The position numbers and the translations under genes were made by a program. A stretch of DNA of 43,239 nucleotides, filler included, from Welwitschia mirabilis (Eukaryota), in NCBI GenBank assembly GCA_051453625.1. It is 3 parts of one record of this genome, joined end to end, with 100 filler letters (N's around TTAATTAATTAA, not from the genome) between each part and the next. Parts side by side here need not be neighbours in the genome. Positions count along the whole stretch, not along the records: positions 1 to 25,761 come from JBOZIK010000001.1; positions 25,862 to 32,240 come from JBOZIK010000001.1; positions 32,341 to 43,239 come from JBOZIK010000001.1. One strand, written 5' to 3'. Below the pieces are notes generated by a model, which had not been told where the DNA came from, searched no databases, and saw only the letters and a list, made by a program, of their open reading frames with translations. Below are positions 22,376 to 35,340 of the stretch, piece by piece (position 1 is the first letter of the stretch; each line of letters begins with the position of its first letter).

Positions 22376-23387
22376 TGTTGACTAGAATTATAAGTTAAGT
22401 TTCAATGATGACATTCGAGTCAGATCAACAAGCTAGGTCAAAATGAGATGACTATGTTTTCGTTAGTGAAGTGATGACAGCATGTTCGAAGTTTATTGTT
22501 GCGACATCCAAAAGTAACAATTACTACTAAGCAAAATACGGGATGTCCAACTAAATTATCTTGGATGTCCGAGCATCATGGCAGTCTGATCAAGTGGGGA
22601 TGTCCGACTATGCAACATGGGGCATCTGACCATCTTTGCAGTGTAATAAAACTAGGACGATCAGCTTCATGTTCTTGGATGTCTGGCATCTAATGCAGAC
22701 AGTAGAACTAACCATGGGGCATCTAAGTTGACTTTTGCGACCTACGTGAAGATAGATGTTAAGCACAGATTTCAGATTAAATCTTGTCTAAATCAGGCAG
22801 TCCAAGGTTCTAAATGGTTATCAAATGATACCTGTGACATATGTACCTTAGGTCCTGAGAAAGATCGTTGATGACAACAGCGATATTGATGAAATGTATA
22901 AATGGTCATGTAATTCGTTTTTGAGCAATCACTTACTCTTGAAATCAAAAAGGAGAAGCGAACTGAATTATGTCAATAAAGGAACAATCCTCCTATACTT
23001 ACCTATGTTCATAATTTGTGTGCTTGCATTGTTGATATACAGTGCACTGATAGGCACCCTTCCATCACATCCTTGCAAAATCTCATTTCTAAGCTCACTA
23101 GCCTGAGCTAGTGGATTGTAAGTAGATCCCTCCTAAAAAGGGATTTGTACTCTTTGTTATCAAAGATCTTAAAGGAACCAGAAGGCTAATAGCAGTTGCT
23201 GCCCCTTCAAAGTGGAGGAGGTAGAGTCGCCGAACCACTATAAAATAGTCTGGTGGATTGTCTAATTTTTATTCCATTTGATTTTCTAAAGGCTAATTTT
23301 TTTCAAGGGTCATAATCTATTTTTTATTCATCATCAAGTGGACAAAGCCTACTCACCCTGCCTCTAGTGTGCCTCCCGATCCTAATA
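22376..23387 (+). repeat. 3' LTR of SIRE-like element (1,012 bp)
   Basis: tgttgac...gatcctaata; ggatgtcc motif cluster; tataaat at ~22897. Confidence 0.9.
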
Positions 23388-24580
23388 GAAAAAGGTTGAG
23401 AAACTACCTCAGTCAGGCATTATCTACCTAATCAGGCACACCACCCAATTGGCCAATCTACTTCTAATCAAGAAGAAGAGGAGGGAGATTGTCTAATGTG
23501 TGGACTTAGGAACCTAAATAGAGCATCAGTATAAAATAACTATCCCACTCCCACCATCAGTGAGATCTTGGAGAAGGTATGCAAAGCAAAAATGTTCTGT
23601 TTCCTAGATGGTTTCTCCCATTAGAATCAAATCCATGTGGCTACTCTTGTTCAAATCAAGATAATGTTCACCACCAAGTGGGGGACATTGCCTACAAGAG
23701 GATGTCATTGGGACTGATCAATGTTGAAGCCAGCTCAGAGAGCTATGGAACACACATTGGCAAGACTAATTGGGAAGTACACAGTGGTTTATCTAAATGA
23801 CATCATTGTCTACTCCGACAAGGAAACAGACCACGCAGCCGATCTAAGACAAATGTTCATGCGTTCCAAAGAATATGGAGTCTCTCTCAACCCCAAGAAA
23901 GGTATCATTGTGGTTTCCTCTTGTAAGCTCCTTAGTTATCTCATCTTAGACCAAGCGACTAGAGTGGATCTAGAGAGATCCCAGATTATATAGAAGATAC
24001 CTCGTCCTGGATCCCTCAAGGAGTTGCACTCTTCCTTGAGGATGATGAACTTCATAACAAGATTCATTCTTGGATTCGCTGAGATAGTGGCTTCCATTGT
24101 GCCACTATTAAAAATGCCCCCTTCATTTGGTCACCTAATGGGAAGAAGGAATTTGAGTTAATCAAAAAGGTTGTAGCCACCTTACTATAGTTGAATTTTA
24201 AAGAGTTCTTCATCTATGCCTGTGCTTCTAATACCATCGCAGCCACCATTCTTACATAAAGGATAGAAGACTTACAGGGTGGGCATGGTGAATGCACAAC
24301 CTTTTTCATGAGTGGACGATTCAAAGATTCAGAGCTATCCTATCATTACCTAGAGAAGTAAGCCTCCTTATCTAGGTCCTGAAGCGATTTAGTCATTATA
24401 TCCTGAGGGCCAAGCTCTAGGGTGTGGTCACAAAACCAGCTGTGAAATCCTTGTTAGAAGAAAAGGATACCAACCTAAGTAGAGCTAAGTCAATTTTCAA
24501 GCTACAAGAATATGACATCCAACTCTCTCCTACCAAGTTGGTTAGGGGGATGGATTTGGCAAGAGACGTTCTAACAACCT
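23388..24580 (+). pseudogene. pol: gypsy RT (remainder) and native RNase H
   Basis: NLNRASV*NNYPTP; FCFLDGFSH*NQI; AYKRMSLGLIN; VVYLNDIIVYS; SLNPKK; FKLQEYDI. Confidence 0.9.
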
Positions 24581-24661
24581 AATCAGAAACTTTCCTCTTC
24601 CCTCCCATCTCTGTCAGATTCCTCAGCGATCCCTGGTATAAGTCCATCTACCATTACTTAT

Positions 24662-25311
24662 GTGAAAGCACCCCAATTTATGCCCAAGAATGGCCTCTTC
24701 CACAGGAATTATGACAAAGTCTACCTCCAATATATCACCAAAGATGAAGGAGTACTACCAAAGTTTCATAACAAGATAGATGGAGGACACACTTCCACCA
24801 GATCACTAGCACAAATTATGCAAACGGGATACGACTGGCCTATGATGGCAAAGGATGCATTCAATCATGCCGAAACATGTGACAGTTGCCAATGCTTCAC
24901 TTCTAAAGACAAAAACCCAACCCTACCCCTCCTCCCCATTCTAGAGATTTGCCCTTTTGCAAAGTGGGCGCTAAATTTCATTGGGAAAGTCTATCCCTCT
25001 TCTTTTATTGTGCATTCGTTCATCTTCACAGACACAGACCACAGCACAAGGTGGATGGAGGCGAAGGCAACTAGGCCATCCAATATAGAGACGGCGATAG
25101 ATTTCCTAAAAAGAAACATTATCACTTGCTTTGGGCATCCCTACACCTTGNNNNNNNNNNGGAAAGCCTTCACCTCCATCTAGTTTGCAGAATGGTGCTA
25201 TGATATCAGGATTTCTCTTGAGATCTGCACAAAGTATTTCCCTCAGGGGAATGGCATAGTGGAGCCCTCTAACAAGAACTTGCTAACATGGATAAAGAAG
25301 ACAGTGATTGC
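24662..25311 (+). pseudogene. gypsy integrase, truncated by TRIM insertion
   Basis: FHNKIDGGH...GYDWP...CDSCQ (HHCC); PFAKWALNFIG; TRWMEAKA; IITCFGHP; YFPQGNGIVEPSNK. Confidence 0.9.
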
Positions 25312-25761
25312 TCTTAGGTATGCGCTCCACATGCCTAGCCCGCCAAGTGGGTAAATATAAAGGGTTCCAATTTCCACCTAAGTCATCACTTTTGGTGTGG
25401 TGGTAATGGCCCCAACAATTGGTATCAGAGCCATGGGTGTTGGCTGGTTTTGGGCTAAGTCTCCCCAGTGGCTCCCCGGTTCATGTGAGCACTTGTCATG
25501 TAATCGAGAGGGAAGATTCTTCAGTACGTGCTCCCCATGCCTAGCTCGACAAGCGGGTGAATATAAAGTGTTCCAGTTTCCACCTAAGTCATGAATTTTG
25601 GTGTGATGGTAATGGGCCCAACAATTGGCATCAGAGCCATGGTTGTTGGCTGGTCTTGGGTTCGAGTCCCCCTGATGGCTTCGCAGTTTATGTGAGCACT
25701 TGGCATGTGGATCAAGGGGGAGAGTGTTGGGTATGCACTCCACATGCCCAACCCAACAAGT
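25312..25761 (+). mobile_element. Tandem-array TRIM: LTR-int-LTR-int-LTR (truncated by gap), ~206-bp period
   Basis: LTRs 25312-25417, 25518-25623, 25725-gap; PBS tggtatcagagc 25420 and tggcatcagagc 25626; PPTs gagagggaaga 25506 and aagggggagag 25714. Confidence 0.9.
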
Positions 25762-25805
25762 NNNNNNNNNNNNNNNNNNNNNNNNNNNNNNNNNNNNNNN
25801 NNNNN

Positions 25806-25817
25806 TTAATTAATTAA
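25806..25817. other. Artificial scaffold linker TTAATTAATTAA in N spacer
   Basis: Six-frame stop linker centred in a 100-nt N spacer. Confidence 0.95.
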
Positions 25818-26149
25818 NNNNNNNNNNNNNNNNNNNNNNNNNNNNNNNNNNNNNNNNNNNNATTCTTACAGCATTGTCTACTTGAAGAGAGATGATTAAT
25901 GCTTCATAAGCCTACCATTTATGATAATTAACTTGAAGTAGAACATTTGAAATCTTTCGATGATGATGAACTCAAATATGAACATTTTACTGACTATTTT
26001 GATTAGAAAAATGAAGAAATAGAAGCTGTAGTTTGTGAAGAAGTTCAACATTTGAAAACAACTGAGATCCCAAATTTTAAGGGAGGTCATCCATCCATGT
26101 CTTCCAAATGATTATCAGAGACGATAGTTAACTCTAATAAAAAATTAAT

Positions 26150-27020
26150 AGAAACTAAAAATATAAACTTAAGTCTCAAACTTTTATCCAGTGAACCAAA
26201 ATATATCTTTTTGTGTGATGATCAAAATAAGCCTTCGATCAAAAATGAGAATTTTTTCCTCATCAAAAATCAATTTTAATCTCACTTTTAAATTATAAGT
26301 TTAATGAATTTGCTTGAACCCATGAATATTTAACAACCATTCCTACTTTCATTGTTCAACATATAATTTACCTTAAATATAATGCAAAACCTATTAGACA
26401 ACTCTAACATGGAGTAAGTCCAGCCCATAAACAAGTTATAAAAGATTAAATCATTAAATTAATGGATGCTAGAATTATTTAAGTCATATTTGATAGTGAG
26501 TGGATTAGCCCTTTGATGGTAGTACCTAAGAAAGGTGGGAAGTGGAGAATCGATAGTGATTTTAAGAAGCTAAATAAAGTAATAAAAAAAGATCATTACT
26601 CTTTATTTTTTCTTAACCAAATACTTGATAGAATCTAATAATTAGGTTTGTATAGCTATTAAGGATCAAACAAAAATAACTTTTCACTTCATTTTTTGAA
26701 GCTTTTTCCTTTAGGTGCATGCCTTTTGGACTTTGTAATGCCCTCGATACTTTTCAACAAGTAATGATGGGTATCTTTTTTAATATGTTAGAGGATTTAA
26801 TTAAATTTTTATAGATGACTTCTCAATTTTTTGGTGAAAACTTGGAATAAATCTTAAAAAGGTTAGAGAAATCCCTTGATAGATGCATTGAGAGTGACCT
26901 ACATTTGAGTTGGGAGAAGAGTTTCTTTATTGTTGATGATGGAATTATTTTAGGTCATCACATTTCTAGTATGGGAATTAGGATCGACTCTAAAAATGCA
27001 AGTATCATTAAAAACCTAAC
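26150..27020 (+). pseudogene. pol: Ty3/gypsy RT fragment (non-chromovirus, Athila-like)
   Basis: DSEWISPLMVVPKKGGKWRIDSDFKKLNKVIKKDHY; MPFGLCNA.DTFQ; FIDDFS; LSWEKSFFIVDDGIILGHHIS. Confidence 0.88.
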
Positions 27021-28329
27021 NNNNNNNNNNNNNNNNNNNNNNNNNNNNNNNNNNNNNNNNNNNNNNNNNNNNNNNNNNNNNNNNNNNNNNNNNNNNNNNN
27101 NNNNNNNNNNNNNNNNNNNNTATTTAGGCATTGTTTTCTAAGTATTGTTATTATGTCCATTTTTTATTTTTGAGATATTTTACACATCATTTACATATTA
27201 TTGAAATATTTGATGATGATGATCTTTTAGATTATACATGTTATTTTATAATGTGTTGTACATTTAACTAGATGGATATTAATTTTGTTACATTTTAATG
27301 TTTATCTTTCTAAGAATTTTTCACAGGCTTCTATTTTTTAAGAATATTTTTTGAACCTTTCATCTCCTNNNNNNNNNNNNNNNNNNNNNNNNNNNNNNNN
27401 NNNNNNNNNNNNNNNNNNNNNNNNNNNNNNNNNNNNNNNNNNNNNNNNNNNNNNNNNNNNNNNNNNNNNNNNNNNNNNNNNNNNNNNNNNNNNNNNNNNN
27501 NNNNNNNNNNNNNNNNNNNNNNNNNNNNNNNNNNNNNNNNNNNNNNNNNNNNNNNNNNNNNNNNNNNNNNNNNNNNNNNNNNNNNNNNNNNNNNNNNNNN
27601 NNNNNNNNNNNNNNNNNNNNNNNNNNNNNNNNNNNNNNNNNNNNNNNNNNNNNNNNNNNNNNNNNNNNNNNNNNNNNNNNNNNNNNNNNNNNNNNNNNNN
27701 NNNNNNNNNNNNNNNNNNNNNNNNNNNNNNNNNNNNNNNNNNNNNNNNNNNNNNNNNNNNNNNNNNNNNNNNNNNNNNNNNNNNNNNNNNNNNNNNNNNN
27801 NNNNNNNNNNNNNNNNNNNNNNNNNNNNNNNNNNNNNNNNNNNNNNNNNNNNNNNNNNNNNNNNNNNNNNNNNNNNNNNNNNNNNNNNNNNNNNNNNNNN
27901 NNNNNNNNNNNNNNNNNNNNNNNNNNNNNNNNNNNNNNNNNNNNNNNNNNNNNNNNNNNNNNNNNNNNNNNNNNNCTTACAATCATGATTGTTCGCTTGG
28001 TTTTATCAGAGACTGACAAGGCTAAGTGGGGAATTATATTATGCTGCTAAATTATATGTATTTAATAAGGTATTTTAAGTAGTTTTGTAGGACATTTAAA
28101 CAAGTTTATGCTGATTTTCGACGATAATGGAGAGCTAAGGTAAATATCACTAAAACATGTAATTTTCATTACATTTGATAGTACTTAAAGAAAATTGCAA
28201 TACTTCCTATTCAAAGCAGAAATCATGTAATCAAAGAGTCTGATCTAGAATAAGAAACATCTTTACAAAGCCCAGTGTCCACCTTATCATCTAGATGATA
28301 GTATGGATAGCGGAAGAACTTATGCTAAC

Positions 28330-28810
28330 TAATTGAAACCTTTGGTATTAAAGGACTCCTACCTTGATCTAGTTGGGTNNNNNNNNNNGCAAGAATGATA
28401 GAAGAAGTACTAGTAAAAATTTCCTTTTTATTGGGTAATGTTTGATATCTTAGTATAGGAAAAAATAAAATTTAACTACCCTCTCAACTACTAAAGCTGA
28501 ATACATTGCTGCTAGAAGTCATTGTGCTCAATTACTTTGGATGAAGAAAACTTTAAAAGGCTTCAGAATAATCATAGAAAGCATTCCCATTTATTGTAAC
28601 AATAAAAGAGCTATCAACATCTTGAAGAATTTAATTCAGCATTAAAGAACCAAACATATAAAGATCAGACATCATTTGCTCAAAGCACATGTACAAACAA
28701 AGACATCATGCTAGGATACATTAATACTAATGATTAACTGACTGATATCTTTACCAAATTACTAAGTGATAACATGTCTATTAAATTATGTAGAAACTTG
28801 ATAATTAGGC
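28330..28810 (+). pseudogene. copia RNase H remnant
   Basis: STTKAEYIAARSHCAQLLWMK...IPIYCNNKRAINI...RTKHIKIRHH...LTDIFTK. Confidence 0.9.
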
Positions 28811-31800
28811 CTTGCCCAATTAGGTAAGTCACTAGGTAATCACTCTTAAAATCTCAAACTCTATGAATTTAGATAATATCTAGAACATAAACTAGTATAT
28901 CACATGCATGTTATTTTATCATTTTTTTTTGTGTGGTAGTCTAATCTTGACATTAGTTGTAGAAAATTTTGAAGATTCTATTTGGTGAAAAAACGTCTTT
29001 TAAATGGTAGATGACTATATTAGAGACATCTTCAATTTGTAAACATCTTTTAAGCAAACGTTTTTTATATGTTAGATGTCTTTGGAGGTCAAGTGTTATT
29101 TGAAAGGAAAAAAATTCTTTCTTTTTAAACTAGACATCTTTAAATTTGTAGACATATTAGAGGCAAATATGAAATCATTATAATTACTAATTAAAAGACA
29201 TCTTTAAAAGTGATAAATGTCTACTTTCATTATTTTAGATGTCTTTCCAATAGTAGATGTCTTTCGTGTACTTCATCTAAAAATAAAAGATGCACTAAAA
29301 TGAGGGTTTTTAATCCTTTTTCTTTAGGAAAGGGACCACCATGCATCATTTTCAATCCTTTAGTTAGTAGGTGTTCCTCTCAAAGTCCTCTACAACTTGA
29401 TTTTTCTCAGGTCTCTTAGCATAGATGCCTTAGATTTGAAAGAAGTATTCACGATCAGTAAATCAAGTGCTCTTTTCTTTGACAGGTGCTATTTTTCACT
29501 TATTCTTTTCCATTTACTTATCAAAGTTCAATTATTTTAGTGTCTTTCTTTTAAAATTATGAATAAAAATCCCTCTGATGCCTTAAAAAGGCAAAGAACC
29601 TCTTACTAAAAATAGACAAACCTTAATGAAAACAATAGTTCTATTATGAAGCAGCTGCAAAACATTTTAAAAATTGAACTAGGAACTGCATTATTGTAGA
29701 ATAGATTCTCAGCTTTCAAAAGCATAAGAAAGATTAGCTTCTTTTATATTTATCTTATCTTGATTGGGACATGATAGTTTAATTAGAGTAGAGTATTCCA
29801 AACCCTGTTGTTTAGGATTTATACAACAACATTCATGAGATAGATGATAGAGCTGGTATTTTTTAAACTCAAGTACAAGGTACTTCTGTCTTTTTTACAC
29901 CTAGTTTTATTAATTCCATGCTCTATATAGATGATTCATAGCTTTTACAATTCTACATGCATTCCTTTAAAGACATTTTTACATATTTCTCTCTTAAGAT
30001 TTCATAATGTTTATTTAGCAATGTTTTCTTTTGGTATCCAAAGATGAACTTTTATGCGAATGTGAAATGAAAGATATTATATATGATGTGTTCATTTTAA
30101 GTTTAATTACATTTTATAATATACTAGTTCAAGAAGGTAGCTATAGCTATTTCAACCCGAGGTAGACCTTTGTGGTATATTGCCCTCTCACAGAGATAAA
30201 ACTTAATCTTGGATTCATATTAGGTATGGATGTCATTATACTTTTTTGTAAGGGTTGGNNNNNNNNNNNNNNNNNNNNNNNNNNNNNNNNNNNNNNNNNN
30301 NNNNNNNNNNNNNNNNNNNNNNNNNNNNNNNNNNNNNNNNNNNNNNNNNNNNNNNNNNATGATGTGTTCATTTTAACTTTAATTACATTTTATAATATAC
30401 TAGTTTAGGAAGGTAGATATAGTTATTTCACCCCTAGGTAAACCTTTGTGGTATATTACCTTCTCACAGAGATAAAAATTAATTTTGGATTCATGTGAGG
30501 CATGGATATCATTATACTTTTTTGTAAGGGTTGGACTTTGGGTTACCCTAATTGATTAGCTTGATAATTCACAATGTCAACACCTCAGTTTCATAGGTTA
30601 ATCTCATTTATTCCAAAAATTTACTTTTAGAGTCTAGATTAAAGCAAGGAGCTCCAATACCAGTAGGTAAAGGCNNNNNNNNNNNNNNNNNNNNNNNNNN
30701 NNNNNNNNNNNNNNNNNNNNNNNNNNNNNNNNNNNNNNNNNNNNNNNNNNNNNNNNNNNNNNNNNNNNNNNNNNNNNNNNNNNNNNNNNNNNNNNNNNNN
30801 NNNNNNNNNNNNNNNNNNNNNNNNNNNNNNNNNNNNNNNNNNNNNNNNNNNNNNNNNNNNNNNNNNNNNNNNNNNNNNNNNNNNNNNNNNNNNNNNNNNN
30901 NNNNNNNNNNNNNNNNNNNNNNNNNNNNNTTATGATTTAGGTAGAGCAAAGGATTCTGATTCATCAGAATCATAGAGGAGAAGTCACATCTTCAGGGGGA
31001 GCATTAGGCTCTAGCACAGATACAAGTGGAGCATGAGGCTCTAACACAAGCACAGGGGGCAGTAGGTAAACTTTGAGAGCTTTTATAATGAGGCCCTCAT
31101 CCTTCATATGAATCATCACAAACTACCTATTAACCATTCCACATATCATTCATCATCACCTTGTATGCCTTCACTACCTTGCCTTTCATATCCATCACGA
31201 CCTATCACAATTCCTGTTCATGCTTCATCTCTCAGCACCACTTCATCCTCAGCTTCTAGTTTTGCTAATACAGCTACCACCATCTTCTTTGACACATCCA
31301 TTACCCCTTAGATGTACTCATGTATGAGGAGATAGATCTCTCAAGGTCAAGGTGAGTCAAGTGGAATACCTATCCACCTACATTATCTTCTTCATACATC
31401 ACCCAAATCTCTACCATCAGGGATAATGATGATGTAGGAGATGGTACTTGGTGCACCAGTGATTTAGCTCTTAGTGTTAATTTTTTTTTTTTTTTTTTTT
31501 GTTCAAAAAGTGGGAGAAGATGGACAAACAAGATTGAATCTTATTGGACATCCTGTATGAGTTTGAAGGATGTGGACTTAAGATGGATGAATTGGGCTTC
31601 TTGTGAGTGACATCATTATTGATGCTTCTTTTCTCATATTGGCACACATTTCATAATGATTTCTAATTCTTTTTTAATTATATATTGATTTAACTTCTTA
31701 TTGTATGTAATATAATTTATGTTTTGACATGATTTCAAGTCTATTTGTAAGACCTCATGCTTATTGTCTTGTAAATAATTATCAATGTGGATTATCAAAT

Positions 31801-32240
31801 GGTTTTACCTTTTGAAATTTATAACATGCCTCATTTAATACACTGTGTCTTCTCTTGGATTAAGTTATCTCAAGTTAATTTTGAAACATAACTGCACTAA
31901 TGAGATTTTTCAAGTTTTAAACAATATCAAAAGGGGGGAGATTATCAGTAAAATCTTAATTTTTATGATTCCACTTTTCAAATGTAATGTGTCTAATGTG
32001 TAAATAGAAAAATTTAGAGAGCAACAATTGCAAATAGGATCAAGCTGGACAAACCTCAAAGTTCAAAGTACACAGAAGATTCAGCTTAGAATTCATGGGA
32101 AATAAATACAATTAACTAAAGACGTCTGCATATTTAAAGATGTATATGGTAAAGATATCTACTCTATCAAAGGTGTCTAGATTGAATTAGAGTTTATTAC
32201 ATGGAAAGATATCTATCATGTCAAAGACATCTATACTAAA
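28330..32240 (+). mobile_element. 3' part of a second SIRE-like copia element (RNase H, agacatct-motif spacer, decayed extra ORF region, PPT, start of 3' LTR at ~31943)
   Basis: RNase H remnant; PPT aaaaggggggaga 31929-31941; upstream PPT-like caaaaagtgggagaa ~31504; same agacgtct-like motifs in spacer and LTR. Confidence 0.75.
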
Positions 32241-32284
32241 NNNNNNNNNNNNNNNNNNNNNNNNNNNNNNNNNNNNNNNNNNNN

Positions 32285-32296
32285 TTAATTAATTAA
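32285..32296. other. Artificial scaffold linker TTAATTAATTAA in N spacer
   Basis: As at 25806. Confidence 0.95.
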
Positions 32297-33952
32297 NNNN
32301 NNNNNNNNNNNNNNNNNNNNNNNNNNNNNNNNNNNNNNNNTACAACCTTAAATAGGGGTTAATGTTAAAATATAACATTTACAATATAAATAATATATTT
32401 GGCTTCACATATCAACAGATCCTATGGGGGCAACACAACCTGGAGATAGCAGCTTTGTAGGCTTCAGAGATTGATTGTTATAGGGGCAACACAGGGGTTT
32501 TGAGAGGTGACTTTACCTTTCGAAATTAGGACCATGTCAAATTGTTTGATTAAGTGCTATGGGGCAGATCTGAGAAACCGTGATGTTGACCTCATGGCTT
32601 ATGCACATAAAAGATTTATAGCTGTTTTGAGACTTCTGGTTCCCTAATGAATTGAATCATCCATCCTCGAACATTAGGATAAGCTCAAGATGCATGTATT
32701 CTTCAGTGAATTGTTTTTTTCTTCCCTTTTGGCACCCAGAAAACAGATTCTGATGTGCAAACTTCTTTATCATTTCATGATCAACTTCTTCTATGCGTTT
32801 GCACTTCTAATTTCTTTGAACTAGCAACTTAAGCCTTTTATGATTTCAAAGAGTAAATGTGGTGATCTGGTCACACATTCTGTCTCAAAAATTTGCCAGT
32901 TTCATGAGGCTGAGATGAATCCTTTAAAATTCTGGTTGGTGTAGAGGTTGAGGGTCAATCTGTAGAACCTTGACATCTTTTTTAAAGGTTAGCAGAGATC
33001 TGGACTCTCAAGCTTTGTGCTTGAAACTGGAGAGTGGAATAGGAAAGAGTGCTTGATCTGAGAGCAAAACAAGTATGTAGTTGCATCTACCAACTTGTCT
33101 GACTTAGCCCACCAGTATTAAGCATTCCACAGGATTGTTGGGAACTATAAAGAAACTATTCTAAATTCAAAAGAATGACAAAGATGCTTCAAGAAATGAG
33201 TGATTTTCCTGAACCTTCTAAATTAGCAAATGAGGGCACTACCTACTACCATTTGATGCAATATGATCAATCAAATAATGCAGATACATCAATGGACATG
33301 GGAATTTTACTATTGCATCGTTTCTGTTTTGGCCATTGATCAATAGTACAAGAGACGATCAAGACAAGATGAGCATGTGAGTACTCTTGACTAGGAGGCT
33401 TTTAATTTACTTTCTTTCAAACACTGCAATCCGTTTTTCATTTCTTCATGTCATGAAAGTCTCAGAACTCTGTAATTTTACTAGACTGATTTAACATCTG
33501 TACTTACAAATTTGTAAATTGTTTCTGTTTTATTACATGAATCATGTATTTTAAAATCAAGAATACTTTTACAGGACTATGTTTCTTTGGTTGTGCATTA
33601 AATTCTTCTTTTCTTCTTCCTATGTGTTGTTTGCCAGAGCTTTGCTGCACATTGTTTGTTTCTTGTTTATTTAATTTTATTGCATTTGATGAGATTTTCT
33701 CAATTGTAACTTGCATTCTATGTTTTGTTACTGACATGACTTACCCTATGGAATTTGCGTTCCCAAGCGCCAGGCTCTGTGTTTCTCATAAAGCTTGGGC
33801 GATGTTTTCTTCTCAAAACGCAACAAATCTACCATTTTTAACAAGTATTTCGTTCAATTATCATTATGAAAATTATAAAGATTATTACATGGAAGTATTG
33901 GAATTGTTTGGAATTCCTTGTACCTTATTCAATCTATGCTGCACATTTACAG

Positions 33953-34086
33953 ATCTAAATTTGAGGATGAAATTACACGTGATTTGAAACACACAGGAGC
34001 AGGAATATTGTCAATGGCCAATGCAGGTCCTAATACAAATGGCAGTCAATTTTTTATTACATTAGCACCGACACCATGGCTTGATG
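33953..34086 (+). CDS. CYP18-2: Internal exon (134 bp) of a PPIL1-type cyclophilin peptidyl-prolyl isomerase (CYP18-2-like)
   Basis: ttacag| ... |gtactg splice sites; encodes [45 protein letters not shown]; other exons not found in the window. Confidence 0.9.
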
Positions 34087-35097
34087 GTACTGTATCCATA
34101 TCTCAGTGGGAAGCATATTATTGCATCCTTTGTGTATCTTTATTGTCATATAAGCATTACTGTTTTTTTCTGTCAGCAGTTTGGCCGACGAATTTATTTA
34201 ATAATATGTTTAATTGCATAAATGTTCTGCTTGTGCATATGCTTTTGATTTAGTTATTAATTTTTTAGTTCAACATAAAATGATCTTTGCAAAATATCTG
34301 AATGCTTTTTAAAATTATCACTTTCTTTAGTAAGATGTTTATGCTATTCTTTATGTTGGAGAGGAATTTTCAAATTGATCCTCGACAAGTCAATTCAATT
34401 CTTGTTTGAGCTGTCACATCTACCATTGTTCATGCATCGACAGTTGTTTCTCACCTTAAAGTTACTGTTAGTCTGCTAGAAGTCAACTTTGATGAATAAA
34501 CTTTGGCCAGCAGCCAAAAAGCAACAGAAAACCATTCTGTGCACCATCAACCTTTTCGGCAGGATCATGCCCTTAGTTCACACCCAATGCCCTCTCTGCT
34601 TCTCCTTGACTCTCCAACTTCAGCAACAGGAAAAATTAAGAGTGAAATTTGAATTTTATACATGCTTTTACAAGGAAATATGTAATAAACTCCTATAACT
34701 AAAAAAAGGAATGGATTCAGTTTGAAGGTAAACCATTCCTAACTGCGCTTGGTGTACCTTGATTGTTGTTCGATAATAAAGAGTGGATTATTGGCTGCCT
34801 ATTGTTTATTGTTTTATGCTTGATCAATCACTCTTTCTCCAAAACACATTGAATCTTTCTTTCTGTGGTGCCAATGGTAGGGTTTTTCACTTGCAAAATA
34901 ATCTTAACAATTTTCTTGCATCCTTCTTGATTTAATTAGATTTTCATTTTCCTAATTAAACAAGCAAAGGGCCTGGGAAGCATCAATAAACTCTTGTGAC
35001 TGATCTTCATTTGTCAATTTGCTCCTGGATCTCGTCTATATTGGCCTTGCATTCCTGCTTCTTGATGTGCCATGGGAGGCACACCTGCTTTTTCCAA

Positions 35098-35340
35098 TTA
35101 ATCAAACCTTGACAAACACTTTTCAGCTTTCCAATCTGAATTGTGTAGACCTCTGATTTCTAGTTTTACACTGAGAGTCACAATCACATGAACCTTTTTT
35201 CCTTCCTTCCGCCAGTTTTCCCATTGAAAAATTCCTGGTGGTTCACTCTGAGCCTCTATTTCCAAAGTAATTGGCCAGTGATCTGATTCTGTGTGAGGCA
35301 AGCATTAACCATTAGTTTGGGAGAGCAAACAGAGCCAGTC
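35098..35340 (-). pseudogene. LINE (L1-like) ORF2 fragment, end of endonuclease domain
   Basis: LPHTESDHWPITLEIEAQSEPPGIFQWENW fits the SDHxPI...FxFENxW pattern. Confidence 0.7.

Larger units (their letters stand above)
8008..23387 (+). mobile_element. Sirevirus (SIRE)-like Ty1/copia element with env-like extra ORF; decayed, with a nested 7-kb insertion
   Basis: Paired LTRs both starting tgttgactagaattataag; PBS; PPT; near-TSD gaaat (8003-8007)/gaaaa (23388-23392); gag with two Zn knuckles, PR-INT-RT-RH order, extra ORF, several PPT-like tracts. Confidence 0.92.
4820..25311 (+). mobile_element. Decayed Ty3/gypsy Tat-type retrotransposon internal region (GAG-PROT-aRH-RT-RH-INT), interrupted by nested insertions; LTRs not identified
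   Basis: Domain remnants in order on the + strand; RT reading resumes across the copia insertion (MEPSIRK at ~7986-8006, then VEKLPQSGIIYL from ~23395). Confidence 0.85.

Noticed and set aside
25378-25817. ORFs over the TRIM array (also 15-203)
   Set aside because: Chance frames through a non-coding repeat
27351-28019. Long ORFs in the track
   Set aside because: Almost entirely N; the same applies to 30147-30973, 36943-37176 and 41786-42024
33544-34253. 147-aa and 111-aa ORFs as complete genes
   Set aside because: Only 33953-34086 is cyclophilin-like; the rest is intronic read-through
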